Notes: a model not told the origin generated them from the letters alone. DNA of 63,350 bases from Candidatus Omnitrophota bacterium (GCA_042572045.1 JBHPFI010000004.1:1-63350), one strand, 5' to 3'. Shown: positions 45,101 through 54,880, counted from the stretch's first letter. Numbers and translations are program-made.

Positions 45101-45666
45101 TGAATTTACCAAATAAATTGACAATTTCTAGAATAATCCTGGCAGGCGTTTTTATACTGTCTTTGTTTATTGAAGGGGTAGGGGCTAAATTTGTCGCGCT
45201 TGCAGTTTTTCTGATAGCCTGTATCACAGATTACTATGATGGTTTCATTGCAAGAAAAAATAATATTATAACAGATTTTGGGAGGCTTATGGATCCTATC
45301 GCCGACAAGATCCTGATCCTGGGCGGTTTTTTGGCCTTTGTTGAGATGAAGATAATACCCGCATGGATGGTAATAGTGATCATTGCAAGAGAATTGCTTA
45401 TCACGGGCATAAGGATACTGGCTGTGTCGAAAAAGAAGGTGCTCTCAGCAGAGATGGCAGGAAAACACAAAACAGTTTCTCAGATAGTGGCAGTGTTGTC
45501 TATACTCGTATTTTTGATAATCAGGGATTCGGCTTTTACGTTTCGGTATATAGAGTATTATCATGGAGGCATCTATGCGCTTATGTTGATCACTGTCTTG
45601 ATGACGGTGATATCGGGCGTTTCATATATGCTGAAAAACAAATATATTTTTACAGGTGAGAAATGA
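45100..45666 (+). CDS. pgsA: CDP-diacylglycerol--glycerol-3-phosphate 3-phosphatidyltransferase
   Basis: 'MNLPNKLT', 'TDYYDGFIAR', 'FGRLMDPIADK' and 'GKHKT'. Confidence 0.95.
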   Translation: MNLPNKLTISRIILAGVFILSLFIEGVGAKFVALAVFLIACITDYYDGFIARKNNIITDFGRLMDPIADKILILGGFLAFVEMKIIPAWMVIVIIARELLITGIRILAVSKKKVLSAEMAGKHKTVSQIVAVLSILVFLIIRDSAFTFRYIEYYHGGIYALMLITVLMTVISGVSYMLKNKYIFTGEK

Positions 45667-46106
45667 GACGTTTCTGTGGATTGATCGCGAGCGTTTTTTA
45701 TATAGGTTATACGCCTGTTGCGCCGGGCAGCATAGGGAGTTTTGCGGCGCTTTTTTTGTATTGTTTTATAAAAGATAACCCGTTCTTAATGGGTCTTGGC
45801 ATTGTTGTAGCTCTTACACTTGGTCTTTTAACTACAGGAACGGCAGAGAAATTTTTTGGCGCAAAGGATGCGAGCGAAATAATAATAGATGAATTTACCG
45901 GCATGTTGATTAGTTTGTACCTATTGCCTGCGACCATGGGCTATGTGGTAGCGGCGTTTTTGCTTTTCAGATTTTTCGATATAATAAAGCCTAAGCCTAT
46001 AAAAAATCTGGAAAAGCTGGATGGCTCTCTCGGCATAATGGCGGACGATGTAATGGCAGGAATATATGCTAATCTGATACTGCAGTTTGTCTATAGGGTG
46101 TTATAG
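45663..46106 (+). CDS. pgpA: Phosphatidylglycerophosphatase A
   Basis: 'APGSIGS', 'DASEIIIDEFTG', 'FRFFDIIKP' and 'GIMADDVMAG'. Confidence 0.95.
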   Translation: MRRFCGLIASVFYIGYTPVAPGSIGSFAALFLYCFIKDNPFLMGLGIVVALTLGLLTTGTAEKFFGAKDASEIIIDEFTGMLISLYLLPATMGYVVAAFLLFRFFDIIKPKPIKNLEKLDGSLGIMADDVMAGIYANLILQFVYRVL

Positions 46107-46134
46107 AGACTTTATTTTTCTATATTGTCTTTTT

Positions 46135-46306
46135 TGGTTGCAGGGGTGGGGTTATTCGGCACTGAAACGTTTTGCCGTCAGCTACGGTTTACGGCTCGTT
46201 CTTCTTTACGACTATCGTTTTTAGACATGAACAGAACTCGCCATAAATCCTTGCGGAGACATTTGCCAAAACATTTCTAATGTGCTTCAAGCCCCACCCC
46301 TGCAAC
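46135..46306. mobile_element. ~170-bp long inverted-repeat element with tRNA-3'-end-like arms
   Basis: 15-bp perfect IR GTTGCAGGGGTGGGG (46137-46151) / CCCCACCCCTGCAAC (46292-46306). Nested pair GAAACGTTTTG / CAAAACATTTC. The minus strand ends ...CCCACCCCTGCAACCA. Confidence 0.65.
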
Positions 46307-46338
46307 TCTCCGAATTTCTACGAAGGAGCCCAGCGTTT

Positions 46339-46908
46339 TCAACCCTTCCTTAAATCTTGCGTTATTAATGGCGTGTAGATGGCGCCTTTTGGTGTGAGTG
46401 TACTTTGGAATAAGATGATTTTATCGATTTTAATCTCGTCCTGAGAGCAAAAATCTACTTCATTAAGGAGTTTCATAAGCCCTGGAATATTCTTAGAGGT
46501 CCTGACCCTTCCTAATGTAAAATGGGCTTTATATTCACGATTTTCCCTTTGTGTGCCTATTTTTTCCAGCTCAGTTTCGATTTTATTGCTCAAGGCCTTT
46601 AAGGGTCTTGAGTTGTCGATTCCCATCCAGATGACTCGCGGGCGCTTCATGTTAGGAAATGTTCCTATCGCGGAAAGACGGATATAAAATTCGCTAACAT
46701 TGTCCGTGATAGATTTTAAGACCAAAGATATGTCTCGTATTTTGTTTTCTTGTATATTTCCGAGAAATTTGAGGGTAAGATGCATCTGGTTTTCGGTCGC
46801 CCATTTTATATCCGCGTTGGACCTTTTGAGCTTAGAGATAAGTTCGGAGAGTTTTTGTTTGTTCGGGGGGTCGATTTCTACGGCGATAAAGGCGCGGATT
46901 GTATTCAT
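46339..46908 (-). CDS. thpR: RNA 2',3'-cyclic phosphodiesterase (2'-5' RNA ligase family)
   Basis: 'RAFIAV', two 2H motifs 'HLTL' and 'HFTL', 'RPRVIWMG' and 'QSTLTPKGAIY'. Confidence 0.93.
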   Translation of the reverse strand: MNTIRAFIAVEIDPPNKQKLSELISKLKRSNADIKWATENQMHLTLKFLGNIQENKIRDISLVLKSITDNVSEFYIRLSAIGTFPNMKRPRVIWMGIDNSRPLKALSNKIETELEKIGTQRENREYKAHFTLGRVRTSKNIPGLMKLLNEVDFCSQDEIKIDKIILFQSTLTPKGAIYTPLITQDLRKG

Positions 46909-46911
46909 GGA

Positions 46912-48174
46912 TTATCGATAGCGTTTCAATAACTCCAGTCTCAACATATCCAAGGCTGCCTGCGCGGCTTTATATTTTACGATCTTCCGCTGCCCAAGGA
47001 AGTGGAATTCTTTAGAAATAGTTTTTTTGTTTGTTGAAAGCGCGACATAGACAAGCCCCACGGGTTTTTTCTTAGCGCCGCCTCCGGGTCCAGCAATGCC
47101 GCTAATGCCTATACCTATATCAGTTTCAGCCAAGACCCTTACATTTTTTGCCATTAAACCTGCTACTTTTTTTGAAACCGCGCCATATCTTTTTATGGTT
47201 TTTAGAGGTATATTTAGGATTTTATTTTTTGATTCGTTGCTGTAGACTACAATGCCCGTTCTGAAATATCTGGAGCTTCCGGGGACAGATGTTATTCGAT
47301 CTCCAAGAAGTCCTCCTGTGCAGGATTCAGCAATAGATAATGTTTTCTTCGCGTTTAAAAGGCATTTTCCCGCGGCCTGTTCCAGGTTTTCATCGTCATA
47401 TCCGAAGATATAATTCTTTAGTCGAGACCTAATCCTTTTTTCTATGTTATCTATTGTAGAATTTATTTTATGCCTATTTTGTTCAGTTAGAGTTATTTTT
47501 ACATTTATTTCTCCGGGATGAGGGTATATGCCCATCTGGACATTGCCCTTAATTTTTAATATATCTTTTATTTTTTCATTCACGCTTGACTCCGGAAGGC
47601 CTGTTATTCTTATGAGGCGCGATTTAACTATTTTGCCTGTTTGGAAATTTTTCTTCAGAAACGGTATAATAGTTCTTTTAAGCATGGGGTATATCTCAAA
47701 AGGCACACCTGGCACAGCAATCAATGCTTTTTTATAAAGAGGGATTAAGAGGCCGGGCGCGGTTCCAATATTGTTCAATATAGGTTTTGCCCCTTCTGGG
47801 ACAAGGGCCTGGCGGAGGTTATTTTTAGGCATTTTCAGCTTTCGTTTTTTAAAATGCGCTTTTATGTGCTTCGCAACCTTATCCTGAAAGATTAGTTTTT
47901 TATCCAAAGCCCTTGCTATACATTCAAGCGTTAGATCGTCAACAGTAGGACCAAGGCCCCCCGTCAAAATAACAATGCTCGAATTATTTAAGGCAGCCCT
48001 AATAGAAGAAATAATGATTTCAGGCTCATCTGGGATGGATATGTGTCTGGTTGTTCTTATGCCAGCAGAGGAAAGATTTCTTGATATATATTCAGCGTTT
48101 GTGTTTGTAATGTGCCCTAATAAAATTTCGTTTCCTATACAGATTACAGATGCGGATATTTCCATAGCACCCAT
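46912..48174 (-). CDS. cinA: Competence/damage-inducible protein CinA (MoCF-binding plus PncC domain)
   Basis: 'IGNEILLG..TNTNA', 'TGGLGPTVDDLT', 'GTAPG', 'AESCTGGL' and 'SGIAGPGG'. Confidence 0.95.
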   Translation of the reverse strand: MGAMEISASVICIGNEILLGHITNTNAEYISRNLSSAGIRTTRHISIPDEPEIIISSIRAALNNSSIVILTGGLGPTVDDLTLECIARALDKKLIFQDKVAKHIKAHFKKRKLKMPKNNLRQALVPEGAKPILNNIGTAPGLLIPLYKKALIAVPGVPFEIYPMLKRTIIPFLKKNFQTGKIVKSRLIRITGLPESSVNEKIKDILKIKGNVQMGIYPHPGEINVKITLTEQNRHKINSTIDNIEKRIRSRLKNYIFGYDDENLEQAAGKCLLNAKKTLSIAESCTGGLLGDRITSVPGSSRYFRTGIVVYSNESKNKILNIPLKTIKRYGAVSKKVAGLMAKNVRVLAETDIGIGISGIAGPGGGAKKKPVGLVYVALSTNKKTISKEFHFLGQRKIVKYKAAQAALDMLRLELLKRYR

Positions 48175-48228
48175 TATATGTAAGATTTAAGCTATAATCA
48201 ATACTTTATTTAATAATATACTCCCTTG

Positions 48229-48301
48229 ATAACTTGATAAATCCTCAATGACAAAAGTTGTCCGCCTCTGGCTGATGGATCAATTTCATGTGTCAAGTTA
48301 G
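48229..48301 (+). mobile_element. Inverted-repeat element, copy D (73 bp)
   Basis: TAACTTGATAAATCCTCAATGACAAAAGT is identical to the reverse complement of copy E. The right arm GATGGATCAATTTCATGTGTCAAGTTAG nearly matches copy C. Confidence 0.8.
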
Positions 48302-48375
48302 CAAGGAATGCCAGGGCCATGAAAAATTTTTTGAAAGAAATTGCAAGAATATGTGTCTTGTATGGCGGGAGGTGA

Positions 48376-48384
48376 TGCTATAAT
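48376..48384 (+). promoter_or_regulatory. Extended -10 element (TGCTATAAT), candidate recA promoter
   Basis: TGnTATAAT about 130 nt upstream of the recA ATG. No good -35 at 17 nt. Confidence 0.45.
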
Positions 48385-48512
48385 TTTCTTTACTTTAATA
48401 TGTTAGAGTTGTATAATTTTAGCAAAGTCAGTGGGTTAGAGAATAACGCAACAAAAAGGTCGAAGTTAACTTTGTCTGCCTGAAGTAGGCTTATCTATAG
48501 GGGGGATATAAA

Positions 48513-49547
48513 ATGGTAAAAAAAGAGGAAAAGAAGACGATATCCAAAGATGGTAAGGGAAAGGCGTTGGATATGGCGCTTACGCAAATAGAGAAACAGT
48601 TTGGCAAGGGTTCCATTATGAGGTTGGGCAATAATACAAAGCTTGACGTTGAAGTGATTCCAACAGGAGCGCTGTCTCTTGATCTGGCTTTAGGGGTTGG
48701 CGGCGTGCCAAGGGGCAGGGTTGTGGAGATCTTTGGTCCTGAGGCAGGAGGTAAGACCACTTTAACTCTGAGCATTATTTCAGAGGTCCAGAAACAGGGC
48801 GGGGTAGCTGCTTTTATAGATGCCGAACATGCATTAGACCCTGTTTATGCTAAGAAGCTAAGAGTAAAACTGGATGACCTTTTGATATCTCAGCCAGATA
48901 CGGGTGAGCAGGCGCTTGATATCGTGGAGATGCTTGTGCGCAGCAACGCCGTTGACCTTATTGTTATAGATTCTGTGGCAGCGCTGGTACCGAAGGCGGA
49001 AATAGAAGGAGAGATGGGGGATAGGCATATAGGGCTTCAGGCAAGGCTGATGTCGCAGGCGCTGAGGAAATTGACAGCCATTATTGCAAAATCAAATACC
49101 TGTGTTATCTTCATAAATCAAATAAGAATGAAAATAGGGGTTATGTTCGGCAATCCTGAAACCACAACAGGAGGAAGGGCATTAAAATTTTATTCTTCTG
49201 TAAGAATAGATTTAAGGAGAATAAGCGTCCTAAAATCAGGAGACAATGTGATTGGTGCAAGGATAAGGGCCAAGGTTGTCAAAAATAAGGTAGCACCCCC
49301 TTTTAGAAAAACTGAATTTGATATTATGCATGACGAGGGCATCTCTAATCCAGGGAGCATTTTAGATCTAGGGGTTGAGACAGGGGTTTTAGAAAAGTCT
49401 GGTTCATGGATAACATATGAGAAGGAGAAGATAGGGCAAGGCAGAGAATCTGCCAGAGAATTCTTGAGAAACAATCTTAAGATGAGCAATGAGATTGAGA
49501 AAAAGATCAAGGAACTAGCGCTTGTTAAGTCCTCAGAGAAGAAATAA
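48513..49547 (+). CDS. recA: Recombinase RecA
   Basis: '[15 protein letters not shown]', 'GPEAGGKTT', 'IDAEHALDP', '[14 protein letters not shown]' and '[10 protein letters not shown]'. 344 aa, no intein. Confidence 0.99.
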   Translation: MVKKEEKKTISKDGKGKALDMALTQIEKQFGKGSIMRLGNNTKLDVEVIPTGALSLDLALGVGGVPRGRVVEIFGPEAGGKTTLTLSIISEVQKQGGVAAFIDAEHALDPVYAKKLRVKLDDLLISQPDTGEQALDIVEMLVRSNAVDLIVIDSVAALVPKAEIEGEMGDRHIGLQARLMSQALRKLTAIIAKSNTCVIFINQIRMKIGVMFGNPETTTGGRALKFYSSVRIDLRRISVLKSGDNVIGARIRAKVVKNKVAPPFRKTEFDIMHDEGISNPGSILDLGVETGVLEKSGSWITYEKEKIGQGRESAREFLRNNLKMSNEIEKKIKELALVKSSEKK

Positions 49548-49624
49548 CCGCAATGCTTTCAATATTGATTACGCCCGGTCCGGCCTTTAACCCCTGTCTA
49601 TTCATAAAGGAGGAAACATAGGTT

Positions 49625-51070
49625 ATGAGGACATGGAGAGGTCTTGTTTTAACGCTTGCAATATTTTTGATAACAGGCGTTGTCTCTGCCGGCCCTCCGC
49701 AAGAGGCCCTTAGTTTGCAGGAGGCATTTGTTGAAGTCTCTAAAAAAGTTGGACCTGCTGTTGTTAGCATAAGCACAGAGCATACAGAGCGCTATCAGAC
49801 CAGATATTATCCTTTTGCGCTCTTTGAGGATAGATTTTTTGATGAATTTTTTGATGATTTTTTTACGACCGGCCCTGACAGGGAATTCAAGAGACTTGGC
49901 CTTGGCTCAGGAGTTATCATTGATAAAGAGGGCTATATACTTACAAACGAGCACGTGATCCGTGGCGCAGACAGGATTACTGTTACCTTGCCTGATGGCA
50001 GGGCGTTTGATGGCCATGTAACAGGTTTTGATATGTATTCGGACTTGGCAGTTGTTAAGATTGAGCCAAAGGGCGAGTTACCATTTGCCGAATTAGGCGA
50101 TTCAGATGAAGTAGAGATAGGTCATTGGGCAATAGCGATCGGTAATCCTTTTGCCTTTGCAGTAAAAAATCCAGAGCCAACGCTTACCGTAGGAGTGGTA
50201 AGCGCTTTAAATAGAAGTCTTCCAAGGACAGACAGGAGGATCAGGGAGTATTCTGATTTAATACAGACAGACGCTGCTATCAATCCAGGCAATAGCGGTG
50301 GCCCGCTGGTGAATATTCACGGTAAGATAATAGGTGTAAATGTCGCTATTTTTACTTTGAGCGGCGGTTCCGAAGGCATAGGTTTTGCAGTGCCGATAAA
50401 TACAGCCAAGAGGATAATGGATGATTTGATGCAGGGCAAAGAGGTCCTTTATGGTTGGATAGGCGTGATTATTCAAGATATTGATTCTGACCTGGCTGAC
50501 TATTTTGGTTTAAAGAGTAAATACGGTGTTTTGATTTCTAGGATTTTGGAAAAAAGCCCGGCTGAGGAAGCTGGTTTAAAAGCAGGGGACGCGATAGTTT
50601 CTTTTGAGAATGAGAAAATAAGAAACACCCATGATTTAATCAGGACGGTTTTAAAGAAAGATATAGGCGAAAAAGCAGCCCTCGGCATATTAAGAGAGGA
50701 TGGTCTTCAATCTATCGACGTAGAGATAGGAAAGAGGCCGCAAGAAAAGAGCGTGAAGACAGAAGAGAAACTAAAGGCCGCGCCAGAGTCACGAATAGGG
50801 TCTAAATTTTGGAGGGGGCTTGAGGTTTCTGAGATTACACCTGAGATAGCAAGGCGTTTTAAGCTGAGCGCTGGATCAGGGGTCATTGTCATGGATGTGA
50901 CACCAGGTAGACCTGCTGAAAAATCCGGAATAAGGCCGGGAGATGTGATTTATGAAATAAACAGGATCCATGTCAAAAATATGAATGACTACAAAAAGGC
51001 CGTGTTAAGCGTTTCAGGAGATGTTTTGGTCGGGACATACAGAGGTTACGTAATAATAAAAGAGAACTAA
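49625..51070 (+). CDS. degP: DegP/DegQ (HtrA) periplasmic serine endoprotease with two PDZ domains
   Basis: Signal peptide, 'GLGSGVII', 'TNEHV', 'SDLAVVKI' and 'QTDAAINPGNSGGPL'. Confidence 0.93.
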   Translation: MRTWRGLVLTLAIFLITGVVSAGPPQEALSLQEAFVEVSKKVGPAVVSISTEHTERYQTRYYPFALFEDRFFDEFFDDFFTTGPDREFKRLGLGSGVIIDKEGYILTNEHVIRGADRITVTLPDGRAFDGHVTGFDMYSDLAVVKIEPKGELPFAELGDSDEVEIGHWAIAIGNPFAFAVKNPEPTLTVGVVSALNRSLPRTDRRIREYSDLIQTDAAINPGNSGGPLVNIHGKIIGVNVAIFTLSGGSEGIGFAVPINTAKRIMDDLMQGKEVLYGWIGVIIQDIDSDLADYFGLKSKYGVLISRILEKSPAEEAGLKAGDAIVSFENEKIRNTHDLIRTVLKKDIGEKAALGILREDGLQSIDVEIGKRPQEKSVKTEEKLKAAPESRIGSKFWRGLEVSEITPEIARRFKLSAGSGVIVMDVTPGRPAEKSGIRPGDVIYEINRIHVKNMNDYKKAVLSVSGDVLVGTYRGYVIIKEN

Positions 51071-51080
51071 ATGGGAATCA

Positions 51081-53600
51081 ATGAAGGTTGATGAAATAAG
51101 AGATAGATTTTTAAGATTTTTTGAAAAGCGGGACCACGCGATTTATCCCAGCGATTCGCTTGTCCCTGCTAATGATTCTACCCTTCTTTTTACAGGAGCA
51201 GGTATGAATCAGTTTAAGGAGGAGTTTTTGGGCAGGGTAAGGGGCTCTAAAAGGGCTGCTACATGCCAGAAATGTTTAAGGACAGGTGATCTTGAGAATG
51301 TGGGTAAGACGCCCAACCATCATACATTTTTTGAGATGCTTGGAAATTTCTCATTCGGTGATTATTTTAAAAAGGAGGCGATTGTTTGGGCCTGGGAATT
51401 CCTTAAGGAGGACCTGGGCTTGAAAGAAGGAGATCTATGGGTATCTGTGTATCAGGATGATAGCGAGGCATATGATATATGGAAAAATATCGTTAAATTG
51501 CCTCAAGAGAGGATTTTAAAATTAGGAGCAAAAGAGAATTTCTGGCCGTCGAATGCACCGGCCGATGGACCAAACGGTCCATGCGGACCCTGTTCCGAGA
51601 TTTTTTATGGAGGGCCGGATGGTGTGGAGGTCTGGAATCTTGTATTTACGCAGTTTGACAGGAGAGAAGGAGGCGCGCTGGATCCTTTGCCGAATAAAAA
51701 CATAGATACTGGTATGGGGCTCGAGAGGATCGCAAGGGTCATGCAGGGAAAAAAGACGAATTTTGAGATAGATTCATTCCGACCTATTATAGATACAATA
51801 AAGGAGCTAGCCTCAAGACCTAATGTACAGAAAAATATAAACGCGATCGCGGATCACATACGGGCTGTTACCTTCGCGATAGCTGACGGGGTATTGCCAT
51901 CCAATGAAGACAGGGGCTATGTAATCCGCAAGCTAATAAGAAAGGCGTTTTGGTATGGCAGGTCGCTTGGACTCCAAGGACCGTTTCTGTATAAAATAGT
52001 GCCTGTAGTAGCAAAGGTAATGAAAAAGGTATACCCTGAACTTACCGGCCAAAGAGAAGATATCGCGCAGGTGGTCTTGGCTGAAGAGAAGAGGTTTACG
52101 AATACTATCCAGGAAGGACTTGAAAGGCTGGAAACAATGATGGATAATTCTAAGTCTTCAGGCGTGCTTTCCGGGATAGATGTTTTCAAGCTATATGATA
52201 CATATGGTTTTCCTGTAGAATTGACGCAAGCTATAGCAAGGAATAAAAAGATAGATGTAGATATTAAAGGATTTGAAAGATGCATGAAAGAACAGCGCGT
52301 CAAATCAAAAGAGAAGAGCAAGATAAAAGGCTCTATATTCGAGGTCAAAGGAGACACAAAACTAAGATTGCCTGAGGAGACAATTTTTATAGAAGATAAG
52401 GAGGAAATGGAGACCGAGGTCTTGCAGATTACAGGAAATGCTATTTTTTTAAAAGAGACAAATTTTTATGGAGAAAAAGGCGGACAGGTAGGCGATTCAG
52501 GCTGGCTGATCAGAGACGGTAAGGTTGTCGCAGACGTTATTAATGCGATTGATGTCGCAGGCAGGGTGCAGCATGAAATAAAAGCAAAAGAGAAAGGATT
52601 GAAGATAGGCGACAAGGTAATAGCGAAAATAGATATTGATCGCAGAGAAAAAATAAAGAAGAACCATACTGCAACGCATCTCCTGCACAATGCCTTAAGA
52701 AAGGTTTTGGGACAGCACGTGAAACAATCAGGCTCCCTTGTTGCGCCGGACCGCTTGCGGTTTGATTTTAGACATTTTAAGGCGCTTACGGAAGAAGAAC
52801 TTTCTAGGATAGAAGAGATCGTGAACGGCTATATAAAAAAGAATAACTGCATAGAGACTAAAGAGATGGCTTTCAATGAGGCAAAAAGAGAGGGCGCGAT
52901 TGCTCTTTTTGGGGAAAAGTACGGAGACAGGGTGCGATTGGTTTCTGTAGGGGGTTACAGCAAGGAATTGTGTGGAGGTATGCATGTAAGAGAAACAGGC
53001 GAGATAAATATATTTAAGATTATCTCAGAGGGTTCTATTGCGAGCGGCGTAAGAAGGATTGAGGCTGTTACATGGGAGAGGGCCAATAAAAAGATCAAAG
53101 AACAAGAGGATTTAATAAGGCAAATAGCCATAGAATTGAAAACATCCCCTGAGGGTATACTTAAGGCAATAGAAAACATGACACAGAGACTTAAAGGATT
53201 GGAAAAAGAATTAGAGGATATAGGCACTAAGACTGTAGAACTTAGCATAAATAGCGTCGTAGAGAATAAAAAAGAGATAAAAGGTAATCATATTATCATT
53301 GATGAGATTAAAAACGCAGATATGGATTTACTGAGAAAGGCCGCGGATATAATAAAAAGTAGATTAAAAGAAGGCGTATTTGTGCTTGTGTCTGAGAAAG
53401 GGAATAAGACTTCAATGATCGTGAGCGTATCTCTTAAAGATGCAAACTTAAGCGCGATCAAGATTTTAAACGATACAGGCTCTTCCTTTGGCATAAAAGG
53501 CGGGGGCAGGCCTGATTTTGCCCAGGCTGGTGGGCGTTCAAACGTTGATATCGGTAAGATATTGAAAAAAGCAGAAGATGTAATAAAGGGGTATTTATGA
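51081..53600 (+). CDS. alaS: Alanine--tRNA ligase
   Basis: 'LLFTGAGMNQFK', 'HHTFFEMLGNFSFGDYFK', 'IDTGMGLERI', editing motifs 'HTATHLLH' and 'ELCGGMH', and 'GGGRPDFAQAGG'. Confidence 0.99.
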   Translation: MKVDEIRDRFLRFFEKRDHAIYPSDSLVPANDSTLLFTGAGMNQFKEEFLGRVRGSKRAATCQKCLRTGDLENVGKTPNHHTFFEMLGNFSFGDYFKKEAIVWAWEFLKEDLGLKEGDLWVSVYQDDSEAYDIWKNIVKLPQERILKLGAKENFWPSNAPADGPNGPCGPCSEIFYGGPDGVEVWNLVFTQFDRREGGALDPLPNKNIDTGMGLERIARVMQGKKTNFEIDSFRPIIDTIKELASRPNVQKNINAIADHIRAVTFAIADGVLPSNEDRGYVIRKLIRKAFWYGRSLGLQGPFLYKIVPVVAKVMKKVYPELTGQREDIAQVVLAEEKRFTNTIQEGLERLETMMDNSKSSGVLSGIDVFKLYDTYGFPVELTQAIARNKKIDVDIKGFERCMKEQRVKSKEKSKIKGSIFEVKGDTKLRLPEETIFIEDKEEMETEVLQITGNAIFLKETNFYGEKGGQVGDSGWLIRDGKVVADVINAIDVAGRVQHEIKAKEKGLKIGDKVIAKIDIDRREKIKKNHTATHLLHNALRKVLGQHVKQSGSLVAPDRLRFDFRHFKALTEEELSRIEEIVNGYIKKNNCIETKEMAFNEAKREGAIALFGEKYGDRVRLVSVGGYSKELCGGMHVRETGEINIFKIISEGSIASGVRRIEAVTWERANKKIKEQEDLIRQIAIELKTSPEGILKAIENMTQRLKGLEKELEDIGTKTVELSINSVVENKKEIKGNHIIIDEIKNADMDLLRKAADIIKSRLKEGVFVLVSEKGNKTSMIVSVSLKDANLSAIKILNDTGSSFGIKGGGRPDFAQAGGRSNVDIGKILKKAEDVIKGYL

Positions 53601-54817
53601 AGATTCTAAGGTTGGCTAGTAAAGAGATGGAGAATTTATTCGAAAGATACTATTATAAAAAGAAACGTGTAGCGGAAAAAGTCAGTAAGATTGTACAAGA
53701 TGTAAGAGAAAATGGAGATAAGGCGCTCATCAGATATACCAGGATGTTTGATAAGGTTAAGCTTTCTCCAAAGGATTTAAAAGTAAGCGCAAACGAGATC
53801 AATGGCTCGTACCAGAATATAGATACAGATTTTATATCGAGCCTTAAGACTATAATTGATAATATACAAAAGTTTCATAAAAAACAATTGCCAAAACCCT
53901 GGAAGATAAAACAAGAGGAGGGCGTGGAATTAGGAGAGATCTTTAGGCCTATCGAAAGCGTAGGGATTTATGTGCCAGCAGGTACAGCGCCTCTTGTTTC
54001 GAGTGTTTATATGAGTGTTTTGCCTGCAAGGATAGCGGGTGTAAAGAAGATAATTCTCGCTACACCCCCTATGAAATTCGGAAACGTTGATCCGCATATA
54101 CTTGCAGTGGCAAATCTTTTAAAGGTTGACGAGGTCTATAAGATAGGCGGCGCTCAGGCAATAGCGGCTATGGCCTTTGGTACAAAGACGATTCCAAAAG
54201 TAACCAAGATTATCGGTCCAGGCAATGACTATGTCACTGAGGCCAAGCGACAGGTATTTGGATATGTTGACATAGATATGCTGGCGGGACCTAGCGAGGT
54301 TGCAATATTGGCAAATCAGTTTTCAGACAAGGATTACGTTGTTCACGACCTTTTGGCTCAGGCAGAGCACTTGAAAGGCCTGTCAATACTTATAACTACG
54401 TCTAAAAAATTTGCCAAGGTAATGAAGAAGGAAATAGATAAAGGATACATTGTGCTCACAAAGAATATAGAACAGGCAGCGGAAATCATAAACAGAATTG
54501 CGCCGGAGCATCTTGAGATACTCATAAAAAGGCCTAATAGGATCCTGAAACTCATAAAGAACGCAGGCGCAGTGTTTATAGGACCCTATTCGCCTGTTTG
54601 TATAGGGGATTACATAGCTGGGCCGAGTCATGTGCTGCCGACAGGAGGGACGGCTAGATTTTTTTCAGGACTTAGCGTGAGGTCTTTTCTTAAAAGCACG
54701 CACACGATTTGTTATTCCAAAAAAGCGCTTGAGAAAGAAAAAACAGCTATTGAGAAGATGACAAAGATAGAAGGCCTGCACAATCATTTGGAATCGTTTA
54801 AGGTAAGGTTTAAATAA
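53597..54817 (+). CDS. hisD: Histidinol dehydrogenase
   Basis: 'GIYVPAG', 'GGAQAIAAMAFGT', 'AGPSEV', 'DLLAQAEH', 'APEHLE' and 'GDYIAGPSHVLPT'. Confidence 0.96.
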   Translation: MKILRLASKEMENLFERYYYKKKRVAEKVSKIVQDVRENGDKALIRYTRMFDKVKLSPKDLKVSANEINGSYQNIDTDFISSLKTIIDNIQKFHKKQLPKPWKIKQEEGVELGEIFRPIESVGIYVPAGTAPLVSSVYMSVLPARIAGVKKIILATPPMKFGNVDPHILAVANLLKVDEVYKIGGAQAIAAMAFGTKTIPKVTKIIGPGNDYVTEAKRQVFGYVDIDMLAGPSEVAILANQFSDKDYVVHDLLAQAEHLKGLSILITTSKKFAKVMKKEIDKGYIVLTKNIEQAAEIINRIAPEHLEILIKRPNRILKLIKNAGAVFIGPYSPVCIGDYIAGPSHVLPTGGTARFFSGLSVRSFLKSTHTICYSKKALEKEKTAIEKMTKIEGLHNHLESFKVRFK

Positions 54818-54840
54818 AATGGTTGGCTGTACAGGTCTTT

Positions 54841-54880
54841 CTAACTTGACACTTTTGTCATTGAGGATTTATCAAGTTAG
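54841..54880 (-). mobile_element. Mini inverted-repeat element, copy E (40 bp)
   Basis: CTAACTTGACACTTTTGTCATTGAGGATTTATCAAGTTAG, with 9-bp perfect termini CTAACTTGA / TCAAGTTAG. Confidence 0.8.

Noticed and set aside
46135-46306. A functional tRNA gene or tmRNA
   Set aside because: Only acceptor and T-arm-like sequence is present. There is no D-arm or anticodon arm, the T-stem does not pair locally, and there is no tag ORF. Kept as a repeat element instead.
48302-48512. LexA/SOS box upstream of recA
   Set aside because: I found no CTGT-N8-ACAG, GAAC-N4-GTTC or TGTTC-N4-GAACA pattern. A lineage-specific box cannot be excluded.
53597-54817. hisD away from a his operon and lacking a short internal segment
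   Set aside because: Dispersed his genes are common and all catalytic motifs are intact.
54846-54875. Promoter for lipB formed by TTGACA in element E
   Set aside because: The hexamers at 17-18 nt spacing (TTATCA, TATCAA) are poor -10 matches.
36062-54880. Assigning the inverted-repeat elements to a named IS family
   Set aside because: There is no transposase or target-site duplication in the window, and I cannot match the termini to a family from memory with confidence.
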